IMG/VR virus record: IMGVR_UViG_3300021057_000005
Location: 1 to 48,556 of that record
Length of the DNA: 48,556 bases
From: a virus
Reading direction: 5' to 3' (one strand)
The notes under the pieces were generated by a model, which saw nothing but the letters and a program-made list of their open reading frames with translations, had not been told where the DNA came from and did not search any database. Position numbers and translations under genes: made by a program. Every line of letters starts with the position of its first letter. The first letter of the stretch is position 1. Positions 32,213-40,284 of this stretch are shown piece by piece.

Positions 32213-32731
32213 ATGATAGAAGCAATTAAACAATTTGGTAGCTGGTTGTGGGACGGAGTAAAGCGATTCTTAAATTTCTTTTGCTGTTGTAACTTTATGA
32301 CAAAGCAAAAAGAAACGAAAGAATATGCTATAGACACTTTTGCTGAATTAAATAATCAGGAGATGATGCGAGAAGAAGCCCGTGTCAAAACAGACTCACT
32401 AGTGTCAAGACATTGTCTAAGGAACGACATTGATTTAGCGTTGCATGATGCAGCAGTTATGGCATATAAAAGCGGTATAGGAGGCTACAGCCATATTTTT
32501 AGGGCTCGGTATAATGAGTATTATAAGAGGAAAGAAATTGACCAATTTGAACGAGAAATTATAGGAGGTTTCCCATATGTTATTCAGAGAAAGTCTCGTC
32601 GTGAAGATATATTGGCAGCATTAGTGCTACAGCCAGTTCGTAAATCACCTAAACCAAAGAAGGAGGAAGTAGCATCACCAAGAGTAACGAAAGGGTCACT
32701 ATCTCAATTAAGAATGGGGAGGCAGTTATGA
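32213..32731 (+). CDS. hypothetical protein (paralog of the preceding ORF)
   Basis: RBS GAGGAGG; shares the N-terminal amphipathic/Cys segment followed by a KE-rich helix. Confidence 0.55.
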   Translation: MIEAIKQFGSWLWDGVKRFLNFFCCCNFMTKQKETKEYAIDTFAELNNQEMMREEARVKTDSLVSRHCLRNDIDLALHDAAVMAYKSGIGGYSHIFRARYNEYYKRKEIDQFEREIIGGFPYVIQRKSRREDILAALVLQPVRKSPKPKKEEVASPRVTKGSLSQLRMGRQL

Positions 32732-32919
32732 ATAAGCTATTAGTTATCATGGTATCACTATTGTTAACAATGCCTGTACAAGCAGCCACTACGTATTGTA
32801 CCGAATCTGGCAATATGCAACTTTGTCAAACCTATGAAGATGATGGATCTTCAACGCAACATGTTGTAACGGACTATGGCAATACGAGCATAATCAATGA
32901 ATACAAATATAAATTTTAG
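32728..32919 (+). CDS. small secreted protein (hypothetical)
   Basis: Signal-peptide-like MNKLLVIMVSLLLTMPVQA; ATGA coupling. Confidence 0.5.
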   Translation: MNKLLVIMVSLLLTMPVQAATTYCTESGNMQLCQTYEDDGSSTQHVVTDYGNTSIINEYKYKF

Positions 32920-33262
32920 TTCTACAGAGTGGCAGGTGATAATAGCTGCCTATGCATATGAAGTATTAGATGATCCTATCATGAGTGACAGTACATATGA
33001 TTTTTTATGTACCTTCATTGTGGATACAGCTACGATAAAAGACTTTAATCCTTCTACAGGGATGTGGATTAAGGATCTAATCAAAGATAATAGTGAGTTA
33101 GTGTTGCTATTAGATAATGCTGTCTATAACAGTAAGCGATTAGGAGAAGGTGCAAGAGCAGAGCTATTAATCCCTATGCAATTTATTACTGATTCTAGTT
33201 TATCTTATCTAGAAGATAATCAGTTAAACAGTTGGATAGAGAAACATAAACTAAAGCTTTAA
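32897..33262 (+). CDS. hypothetical protein
   Basis: 121-aa track ORF. Confidence 0.45.
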   Translation: MNTNINFSSTEWQVIIAAYAYEVLDDPIMSDSTYDFLCTFIVDTATIKDFNPSTGMWIKDLIKDNSELVLLLDNAVYNSKRLGEGARAELLIPMQFITDSSLSYLEDNQLNSWIEKHKLKL

Positions 33263-33278
33263 GTGTCCTGTTAAGCGA

Positions 33279-33503
33279 TTACTTACAAAGAACAGATAAT
33301 TTCCTCAACACTTCCTGGACGTCTCCATGATCGGCGTCTTGGATTAGCCCTTCTAGTATTTCAATCATGGGAACTGGGCGTCGAGAATGCGCATTTACTT
33401 TCTCATGCAAATTATGTAATGCCTCGTACACTTCTACGCGCATTCTGAATGCAACTGATTTTCTACGTCGCTTGAGCATTATTCGATCTCTTTGTATAGC
33501 CAT
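33279..33503 (-). CDS. ribbon-helix-helix (Arc/CopG-like) DNA-binding protein; candidate repressor
   Basis: KSVAFRMRVEVYEALHNLHEKV gives a beta-strand then helix pattern. It is the only minus-strand gene inside the early arm. No SD; TATAAT lies 10 nt upstream of the ATG (near-leaderless). Confidence 0.45.
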   Translation of the reverse strand: MAIQRDRIMLKRRRKSVAFRMRVEVYEALHNLHEKVNAHSRRPVPMIEILEGLIQDADHGDVQEVLRKLSVLCK

Positions 33504-33509
33504 CGTCGA

Positions 33510-33559
33510 TACAATTATATAGGCATTGTATTGACTATTTTATGTACAAGGTCTATACT
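33510..33559 (+). promoter_or_regulatory. inverted repeat TACAAT-N9-ATTGTA abutting a TTGACT-N17-TATACT promoter
   Basis: IR 33510-33530; -35 at 33531-33536; -10 at 33554-33559; sits in the divergent region between the RHH gene and 33598.. Confidence 0.45.
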
Positions 33560-33597
33560 GAAGGTATAACAATAAGAAGTCAAGAGGGGTGCGTATC

Positions 33598-33879
33598 ATG
33601 ACGTATGATGAAGTTTGCCTCCAGTATAGACATGCCGTATTACACACCGGCATTGCCTTTGTATTAGTCGATACAAGTCATGGGGAAGTCTTTGTACCTC
33701 AAGACTGGATTGCTCCAAATAACACCATCACGCTCGATATCAGTCCTGACACAGTCAAAGACCTTCATATATCAGAACACACCATTGTGTTTCGTGCTGA
33801 TGTGGATGGTAAAGATATGGTAATGCGATTTCCTATTTCTAATGTAATTGATTTAATTACAGGAGATGGAAAAAGCTAA
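33598..33879 (+). CDS. hypothetical protein
   Basis: ATG after GAGGGG; the track ORF starts at an upstream GTG (33589). Confidence 0.5.
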   Translation: MTYDEVCLQYRHAVLHTGIAFVLVDTSHGEVFVPQDWIAPNNTITLDISPDTVKDLHISEHTIVFRADVDGKDMVMRFPISNVIDLITGDGKS

Positions 33880-33961
33880 TGCAATCAATGTGTATTCATT
33901 CATGTGAATAATTATTCAACAAATAATTAAAGAAAAGTGGAAATAAATTAAAATATTTAAC

Positions 33962-33998
33962 GTAGAAAAGTGGAAATATTTTAAACATGTTATATAAT
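33962..33998 (+). promoter_or_regulatory. 37-nt conserved promoter-like element, copy X (ends in TATAAT 33993-33998)
   Basis: GTAGAAAAGTGGAAATATTTTAAACATGTTATATAAT; a partial third copy AGAAAAGTGGAAATA lies at 33931-33945. Confidence 0.45.
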
Positions 33999-34004
33999 TA
34001 GTAT

Positions 34005-34247
34005 ATGACAAGGTTGAATGAGGCAAGTGTCATGTCAACATTATATGACGATATCATAGAGTTCGAGAAAGAAACAGGAAGAGATTGGGTAGGGATTCAA
34101 TATGAAAATGGCAACATATCTATATTAGATCATACAAGCATTGCAATAGTAGTTATGTCGAACAAACAAAAGTACATACAAATAAGAATAGGATATCAAG
34201 ATGGCAACAAGCAGTACCCATTCTTTATCAATATACCGATTAAATAG
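34005..34247 (+). CDS. hypothetical protein (start uncertain: 34005 would be leaderless; an alternative ATG follows a GAGG)
   Basis: The track ORF's ATG lies 7 nt after the TATAAT of element X. An internal Met (MSTLYDD) has GAGG 8 nt upstream. Confidence 0.45.
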   Translation: MTRLNEASVMSTLYDDIIEFEKETGRDWVGIQYENGNISILDHTSIAIVVMSNKQKYIQIRIGYQDGNKQYPFFINIPIK

Positions 34248-34256
34248 GAGAGTGTC

Positions 34257-34385
34257 ATGAGTGAATATACGATTTATTACCATCAGTATCACCAATGGGC
34301 AGTTAGCAATAAATTAGGTGTTGTAGCAAGCTTTAATACTCAAGAAGAAGCTGAAGAATATGTAAGGAACAAAGAAAGTAAGTAA
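34257..34385 (+). CDS. 42-aa hypothetical protein
   Basis: RBS GGAG; MSEYTIYYHQYHQWAVSNKLGVVASFNTQEEAEEYVRNKESK. Confidence 0.4.
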   Translation: MSEYTIYYHQYHQWAVSNKLGVVASFNTQEEAEEYVRNKESK

Positions 34386-34586
34386 TAAGCGGACATGGAA
34401 GCGGACATAAGTATGAAGAATATTGTTATAAATCAAATAATTATTATAAATATATAAGGACATAATAAGCGCCGTGATAAGTAGATGTATCAGCATCTAC
34501 CTACCACTAACTAACAGATAAACTCGGTATCTGCCAGCTAAAATAACACTAGCATGACAGACGCCTAAAACACAAGGGGTTGTGTC

Positions 34587-34883
34587 ATGACTATAGAGAC
34601 AATGCATGCTTTATGGCAGTTTGCAGCAACGGGATCAGTCATATTTTTATTTGGAGGATATTTTTTATTTAGCGCAATGAAGGCAGCTTGTGAAGGCATG
34701 GGAGATGGCGGCAAGTCAGTAAAAGAAGAGGAGGATGAATCTCGTCAGGCATCTGGTGGTTCAGCACCACAACGAGCAAGCTTAGCAGAGAGAGATTGTG
34801 TGCGATTTGGATATACGGTCAGCAACCACCATCGCTACGGAACAGAAGAAAGCGACAGGAATGGGGGCTGCCATCATGAGTAA
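34587..34883 (+). CDS. small membrane protein (hypothetical)
   Basis: N-terminal TM (GSVIFLFGGYFLFSAM); the SD AAGGGG lies in the loop of the ACACAA/TTGTGT hairpin. Confidence 0.45.
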   Translation: MTIETMHALWQFAATGSVIFLFGGYFLFSAMKAACEGMGDGGKSVKEEEDESRQASGGSAPQRASLAERDCVRFGYTVSNHHRYGTEESDRNGGCHHE

Positions 34884-35193
34884 TATAGAACAAGAAGTTA
34901 CAGAATATAAATATTTAGTAATAGATCAGTTTGATACGACTTGGTTTACTTATGCAATACCAAGAGGAGCAGCAAAACCAACAGTAGTAGCGATGAATGA
35001 TAGCTGGGAGGATGCGGTATTTGATCTAGGAGAGAGGCTTAATTACTTACGACAACAAGGGTGGGAGATATCCGGGGTTAATCGTAATGAGCAGATTTTT
35101 GATTATTTAGTGAGGTTAAAGAAGCCGGATTATGTATCAATAGATGTTATGAAAGTAGATATTCATGGAGACCGCTGCCATGAAGAATTATAA
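34876..35193 (+). CDS. hypothetical protein
   Basis: Internal ATG (MSNIEQEV...) of track ORF 34798.., overlapping the previous stop. Confidence 0.45.
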   Translation: MSNIEQEVTEYKYLVIDQFDTTWFTYAIPRGAAKPTVVAMNDSWEDAVFDLGERLNYLRQQGWEISGVNRNEQIFDYLVRLKKPDYVSIDVMKVDIHGDRCHEEL

Positions 35194-35368
35194 CAAGGCT
35201 CCAGATCTTAGTAGCGTGATAATTAAAAGTTCTCGGGAAAGAAATACAACGAAGAAATTAACGGATGCAGAATTAATAAATATGACAGATAGATTCTTTG
35301 GAGTCTGTGACGAAGTAGAAGAAAAGGTTAAAGAGAAAGTGAAAGAATATGTGAGGAGAGTGCCATGA
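35180..35368 (+). CDS. hypothetical protein
   Basis: ATG after GGAGA (MKNYNKAPDL...). Confidence 0.45.
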   Translation: MKNYNKAPDLSSVIIKSSRERNTTKKLTDAELINMTDRFFGVCDEVEEKVKEKVKEYVRRVP

Positions 35369-35520
35369 CAGAATTCCTAACGCAAACACATGTAAATAAA
35401 TTTTATCAGCACATGCAAGATAGAAGAGCAAACTACGACATGCGCATTGAACGTGAGAAGCATAATATGGTGTTGCATGATTTGATTGAAGAGTATTCTG
35501 AACAGGTTGATCTTGAGTAG
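35365..35520 (+). CDS. 51-aa hypothetical protein
   Basis: ATGA coupling; MTEFLTQTHVNKFYQHMQDRRANYDMRIEREKHNM... Confidence 0.35.
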   Translation: MTEFLTQTHVNKFYQHMQDRRANYDMRIEREKHNMVLHDLIEEYSEQVDLE

Positions 35521-35530
35521 TGGGGTAAAT

Positions 35531-35728
35531 ATGTCATACGTAATAGTATTTTCATTAGTAGCGTGGGTGTTTTGGTCACTGTATGAAGCAGCAAAAAACA
35601 TTGTTGCTACAACGGATAGACGACATTTAATTCAGCATCATAAAGTAATTAACGAATTATTACATAAAAAGAGAGAAGCGATGGAGCAGCAAGCTAAGGC
35701 GGACATCAACCATGAGGAGACCAAATAA
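35531..35728 (+). CDS. small membrane protein (hypothetical)
   Basis: MSYVIVFSLVAWVFWSLYEAA; ATG after GGGG. Confidence 0.4.
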   Translation: MSYVIVFSLVAWVFWSLYEAAKNIVATTDRRHLIQHHKVINELLHKKREAMEQQAKADINHEETK

Positions 35729-35743
35729 CTGAGGTAGTGTGCC

Positions 35744-35935
35744 ATGTTTACCAAGCTAGAAATTAGAATAGAAGATACCAATAATAATAAATTAGAAAAA
35801 CTATCCTGGGCAGGCGGCGAAAATTTCAAAGTTAGTCATCACAGCAACACATTCTTTAAGCGAATCAAAAAAACCCAATCAGAAATTGCAGAAATCAAAG
35901 CAGAAATAGAACAGTTAGTTCGGCGGCTACTGTAA
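35744..35935 (+). CDS. hypothetical protein
   Basis: Track ORF with RBS GAGGTAG. Confidence 0.45.
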   Translation: MFTKLEIRIEDTNNNKLEKLSWAGGENFKVSHHSNTFFKRIKKTQSEIAEIKAEIEQLVRRLL

Positions 35936-35983
35936 TAGTTTCATGACACAGTCCAAGGATGGATCTTTTTTAAGGAAAATTTT

Positions 35984-36559
35984 ATGATTTACATTCTAGG
36001 AACACCACAAGAAACTGCGCAAGCGCTGGATGATAAGTCATTAGATAGGATGATTAAGGATATTGCGCAGGTGTTGTGTAACGTTCATTGGTTGGATCAT
36101 GCTATTCGGTATAGTCCCAATCTTGAAAGATTTGAAAAATTAGAAAATTCTGTTCCTTTAAAAGAGAAAAGTTTAAATACATGTTCTTGGTCACAATGGG
36201 CTAAGGACTGTGAGGCGAATTATTTGTATTTGGTTGAGTTGGGACTAGAATTAATGGTTGAGCATGTATATCCTAGATGTTTAGGTCCCACAAATAAGTA
36301 TATGGAAGCTATTTTATGGGCGAAAGGTAACGTGCCTGTTTTGACTGGGGACGAGTACATGACTTGCCCCCTCTATTTTCCGCTAGTGATGCCGAAGAAA
36401 TATTATAGATGCAATTGTGATGAAAAAGGGTATTTTAGGTGTGACTGGGGAAGCGAGCAAATTAATACGATTGAATCATACCGCAACTATTACCGCAGTA
36501 AATTAAAAGGCAGTGAAGTATGGACACGTCGAGAAAAACCAGACTGGCTTAATTTATAG
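35984..36559 (+). CDS. hypothetical protein (weak resemblance to pyrimidine-dimer glycosylase-type N-termini)
   Basis: 191 aa; MIYILGTPQETAQALDDKSLDRMIKDIAQVL...; the assignment is not secure. Confidence 0.45.
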   Translation: MIYILGTPQETAQALDDKSLDRMIKDIAQVLCNVHWLDHAIRYSPNLERFEKLENSVPLKEKSLNTCSWSQWAKDCEANYLYLVELGLELMVEHVYPRCLGPTNKYMEAILWAKGNVPVLTGDEYMTCPLYFPLVMPKKYYRCNCDEKGYFRCDWGSEQINTIESYRNYYRSKLKGSEVWTRREKPDWLNL

Positions 36560-36629
36560 GAGAAAGCAACGACATAAATTAATATAAAAACATCACGAGA
36601 TAAGAATAATTATATTAACGAGGTGTGAA

Positions 36630-36857
36630 ATGAAAATCGATCCAGAAATGGTAGGTGGTACTATTCTTAGTATCGTAATCTTTATCGTCTTTATTTTCTT
36701 TGGTAAGTATATCTCAAACGATGCATATGCCGCAACTCAACTCACTGTGAAGTGCACTTACGATGATTTGTATGTTAATACAGATCACGTAAATAGTCAA
36801 GCTTTTAATATCCGAAGTAGTGATTCTCGTGCGCATTGTGTAGCAGAGGAAGAATAA
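36630..36857 (+). CDS. small membrane protein (hypothetical)
   Basis: RBS GAGGTG; TM ILSIVIFIVFIFFG. Confidence 0.5.
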   Translation: MKIDPEMVGGTILSIVIFIVFIFFGKYISNDAYAATQLTVKCTYDDLYVNTDHVNSQAFNIRSSDSRAHCVAEEE

Positions 36858-36858
36858 T

Positions 36859-37056
36859 ATGAAAAAGCTTATAACTACTGAACTGCAAGGAATATTAGAT
36901 TCTCCCGAGGTCAGTGATGAATCAAAATTTCTTATAGAAAGAGCTCTCGAGCAATTAGCAGTAACTATTCAGAATGCAAAAGATAAGAACGGATTGAGAT
37001 TGTCATTGTTAGCAGCATTATTACCAACACCTTTTCCGACACAAGGAGAAGAATAA
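36859..37056 (+). CDS. hypothetical protein
   Basis: Track ORF, tightly packed. Confidence 0.5.
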   Translation: MKKLITTELQGILDSPEVSDESKFLIERALEQLAVTIQNAKDKNGLRLSLLAALLPTPFPTQGEE

Positions 37057-37057
37057 C

Positions 37058-37270
37058 ATGAAAGGCATACTAGAGTTTGATTTAAATGATTTTGAAGACA
37101 GAAAGTCATTTAATCGAGCGAACAAGGCATTGGATATGGCGTTAGCTCTCATTGAGATAAGAGAAAAATTACGAAATCATGAAAAATATGAGGCAGCTCC
37201 GTTAGATAGAGGGGAATTCTTTAACATTCTAGAAGAGTATGGAATTAACTTAGAACAACTTGTTAGTTGA
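37058..37270 (+). CDS. hypothetical protein
   Basis: Track ORF, tightly packed. Confidence 0.5.
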   Translation: MKGILEFDLNDFEDRKSFNRANKALDMALALIEIREKLRNHEKYEAAPLDRGEFFNILEEYGINLEQLVS

Positions 37271-37278
37271 GGATGTAT

Positions 37279-37377
37279 ATGTCTGGCGAAGATATAGACT
37301 CATTAAAATTATTTATAGCGTCTACTGTAATTGTAATTATGACTATTGGGTTTGCGATTTTCTTTCTAACATTTTGA
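37279..37377 (+). CDS. 32-aa membrane peptide (hypothetical)
   Basis: RBS GAGGA; MSGEDIDSLKLFIASTVIVIMTIGFAIFFLTF. Confidence 0.3.
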   Translation: MSGEDIDSLKLFIASTVIVIMTIGFAIFFLTF

Positions 37378-37386
37378 GGACAATTT

Positions 37387-37551
37387 ATGAAATCTCCCGA
37401 ATGGCAGCCTTCTAAAAAATTAAAGTCCTTAATGAATCGCTATATTAGATTAAATGCGGAATATTTAGTAACACGTAATAAAAAACTAGAACAAGAGCTA
37501 TTTATAATAAAAACAGACGTGTTAAATAATCTGTTTGCGGAGGGATTATGA
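37387..37551 (+). CDS. 54-aa hypothetical protein
   Basis: RBS GAGGA; ATGA-coupled to the next ORF. Confidence 0.35.
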   Translation: MKSPEWQPSKKLKSLMNRYIRLNAEYLVTRNKKLEQELFIIKTDVLNNLFAEGL

Positions 37552-37739
37552 TGTTTGACCTGCGAATTGCCTTTGAGGACGAAAATGGAAATGTTATTAA
37601 GTGGAAAGGAGGAACACATTATAAAAATAAAAAAGATAAGACGGAAGATTATGTCGAAATAAATCAAGATGAAGAAGAATTAATTGAGAAAATATCCCGC
37701 CTTAAAAAGATGATAGCGGAGATTTTATATGCAAAATAA
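37548..37739 (+). CDS. hypothetical protein
   Basis: Track ORF. Confidence 0.5.
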   Translation: MMFDLRIAFEDENGNVIKWKGGTHYKNKKDKTEDYVEINQDEEELIEKISRLKKMIAEILYAK

Positions 37740-37914
37740 ATGCCATTTTTGTGGGGCCAGATACTCCACTACAATCATCAAGGATTTAGGATTTTGCTCC
37801 TCTAGTTGCGAGTTCGAATACTCCGGAGCAGATAAAGATGATTATTATCCTACTAGATCAGAAGAACAAGAGATGTTAGATATTTTCAATGTCAGGAACA
37901 ATCCAAATGAATAA
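37729..37914 (+). CDS. small Cys-containing protein (hypothetical)
   Basis: CHFCGARY...CSSSCE. Confidence 0.45.
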   Translation: MQNKCHFCGARYSTTIIKDLGFCSSSCEFEYSGADKDDYYPTRSEEQEMLDIFNVRNNPNE

Positions 37915-38191
37915 GATATTATTGGTTCTTACAATAGCATTTCATTACGTTGTGTTCGTAGCTTTTTTATTAACATGTGTTTTGAGCATTTTTAATATGC
38001 CATGGTATCTCGCTCTTACACTAGATGCTCTGATATTTAGAGTAGTTTTCTCAAGAGCAGAGTGCCCCTTAACAAGCTTGGAAAATTATTATAGAAGAAA
38101 ATTGTTAATAGATGATTCAAAAGGATTTCTAAAAGATTACATCATTAATCCAAAACGAACTATAACATTTTTATATGGAAAATTGGTATGA
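37907..38191 (+). CDS. DUF2784-like membrane protein
   Basis: Two TMs then ...RAECPLTSLENYYRRKL, the CPLT.LE motif I associate with DUF2784. Confidence 0.45.
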   Translation: MNKILLVLTIAFHYVVFVAFLLTCVLSIFNMPWYLALTLDALIFRVVFSRAECPLTSLENYYRRKLLIDDSKGFLKDYIINPKRTITFLYGKLV

Positions 38192-38886
38192 GTCGTGAAC
38201 CCTGTGACCAATGTGGCGCTCGCAGAGGAAGGGCAGAGTACGAGAATGGATCCTTCTGCCATGCATGCAAGCATAAAGAATCTGCTAGAAGTTTGGTAAG
38301 CCAGGCAGCTATCAAAGAGGCATTGATAGTTCCGGAGTATAATGAAGACCCCATGCCGCAGGAAGCACAGAAATATTTAGATAAGTATTACATAACTAAA
38401 AGACATATACGTAGTAAACATATTTTTTGGTCTCCTTTGTATCAACGGATATGTTTTCCTACATGCTCATTACGATTAGAAACATTTTTAGAAGCAGAAT
38501 CCGTTTGGGCAAGATCGCTTGACGTTAATAGAAAAGATAAATGGTTGTTTATAGGTCCCGCTGAACAAAAGAACCGGCTGTTTCGTAGCAGAAACAATGA
38601 AAACAACCGGTTGATAATTGTAGAAGATGTTGTGAGTGCAATTCGTGTAGCAGATTTTTGTGATTGTTTGGCGCTTGGGGGCACCAATGTTAACTCTCCT
38701 CAGCTGGTGCCCATTTTTTTATACTACGATCGTTTAGTTTGTATGTTTGATCCAGACGAAGCAGGGAAAAAAGCCACAGCAGAATTTAAAAAGCGGTACA
38801 GTTTATTGAAACCAATCGATGTGATAAAAGTTAATAAAGATCCAAAATGTTATGATCCAATTTCATTGGAGAGGCTACTAAAATGA
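38188..38886 (+). CDS. DNA primase (zinc finger + TOPRIM)
   Basis: CDQCGARRG...CHACKHK zinc finger; IIVEDVVSAIRVA (TOPRIM Glu); MFDPDEAGKKA (DxD). Confidence 0.7.
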   Translation: MSREPCDQCGARRGRAEYENGSFCHACKHKESARSLVSQAAIKEALIVPEYNEDPMPQEAQKYLDKYYITKRHIRSKHIFWSPLYQRICFPTCSLRLETFLEAESVWARSLDVNRKDKWLFIGPAEQKNRLFRSRNNENNRLIIVEDVVSAIRVADFCDCLALGGTNVNSPQLVPIFLYYDRLVCMFDPDEAGKKATAEFKKRYSLLKPIDVIKVNKDPKCYDPISLERLLK

Positions 38887-40103
38887 TTGAATTACAACTA
38901 TTAAAAGCTTTCTCTATAAAGGCAAATTTAGAGGCGTATAAGCATCTTATTAATCCCAAGACGCTATCAAGTCAGGGTATTGAATTACTAAAAGATTTTG
39001 AAGTATATTTTGCCCAGAATCCAGAAGAAAAAAAGATAGATTTTAATCGCTTTAGTACGTTCTTCTTTATTGAAAGGCATCCATTCTTTGATAATGCCAA
39101 GATAACAGAATATAAAGAAATATTAAAGAATCTTGCCAATGCTTCTGAAGACCATATAAAAAAGCTATTGAATAGTTTTGAGACACAAGAATTCTATAAC
39201 AATATGCATGTTTTACTGGACAAAAATACTGATTTCGCCGTAATAAAAGATCGCATACTAGACTTTGATAATAAGCTTGCCGAGTTATCAAATACAGTAG
39301 ATCTGTCAGTAAATATGGATTTAGATGACGCCCTTATTCAAGCGGACAGATCAGGAGGATTGGCATGGAGACTTCCTGTATTACAAGACCATTTCCAAGG
39401 AGGCTTAATTAAGGGAGATTTCGGTATTGTTGCCGGATACACAGATTCTGGTAAGACATCCTTCTTAGCATCCGAATTGTCCCACATGGCAACACAACTC
39501 ACTGGTGACCAGTATATCCTATGGTTAAACAATGAAGGCGATTGGAGGCGCATTCTGCCTCGCATATACAGCGCTGCCCTAGGATGCACGTTTAAGGAGT
39601 TACTAGATAATAAAGAGAAAGCCAAAGCCAGATACAAAGAGTTAATGAAAGGGAACGAGAATAGAATCAAAATCGTCGATATACAAGGGAAGCATGTTAA
39701 AGACCTAGAAAGATTATTTAAACAGCAGCCACCAGCACTAGTTGTATTTGATATGTTAGACCACGTAAGAGGGTTTGAAAACTATATGGGAGACAATTCT
39801 GGCAACCAGGAGCGTTATAAAAAGCTGTATCAATGGGCGCGGGAAATGTCTTCACAGTATTGTCCCATGATTGCTACATCTCAATTAAATCGAGAAGGGA
39901 ATAATGTTATGTATCCAGAGGTCACTAATCTAGAAGGATCTGGTGTAGCAAAGCAAGGAGCAGCTATTTTTATGCTATTCATAGGCGCACTGACGGGAGA
40001 AGACACGGTTCGTTATTTAAGCACTCCTAAATTTAAGATCACGGGCAATAAGAGCTGGTGCAAAGCAGTTAAATTTGACCCTAGTCGAGCGAGGTTTTTA
40101 TGA
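38883..40103 (+). CDS. DnaB-like replicative helicase
   Basis: Walker A AGYTDSGKTSF, Walker B LVVFDMLD, ...ATSQLNREG; ATGA-coupled to the primase. Confidence 0.75.
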   Translation: MIELQLLKAFSIKANLEAYKHLINPKTLSSQGIELLKDFEVYFAQNPEEKKIDFNRFSTFFFIERHPFFDNAKITEYKEILKNLANASEDHIKKLLNSFETQEFYNNMHVLLDKNTDFAVIKDRILDFDNKLAELSNTVDLSVNMDLDDALIQADRSGGLAWRLPVLQDHFQGGLIKGDFGIVAGYTDSGKTSFLASELSHMATQLTGDQYILWLNNEGDWRRILPRIYSAALGCTFKELLDNKEKAKARYKELMKGNENRIKIVDIQGKHVKDLERLFKQQPPALVVFDMLDHVRGFENYMGDNSGNQERYKKLYQWAREMSSQYCPMIATSQLNREGNNVMYPEVTNLEGSGVAKQGAAIFMLFIGALTGEDTVRYLSTPKFKITGNKSWCKAVKFDPSRARFL

Positions 40104-40270
40104 GACTCTTTAAAGAGTGCAAACCTACCAGGCAAGACAAGGTAATTGAAGAACAAGCAAATAAACTAGAATATTATTATATAGGTAATACATTTTATTT
40201 ATTTTCGCAAGGCATTGAATTTACTGAAGATAAAAAAAGTAAAGTAAAGTTCAATTTGACAAAAAAATAA
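40100..40270 (+). CDS. 56-aa hypothetical protein
   Basis: ATGA coupling to the helicase; its 3' end overlaps the promoter at 40256. Confidence 0.3.
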   Translation: MRLFKECKPTRQDKVIEEQANKLEYYYIGNTFYLFSQGIEFTEDKKSKVKFNLTKK

Positions 40271-40284
40271 TCACCTCCTATAAT
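40256..40284 (+). promoter_or_regulatory. consensus sigma70-type promoter (TTGACA-N17-TATAAT) embedded in a 10-bp inverted repeat
   Basis: TTGACA 40256-40261; TATAAT 40279-40284. CTATAATTAA-N7-TTAATTATAG spans 40278-40304. Confidence 0.55.
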
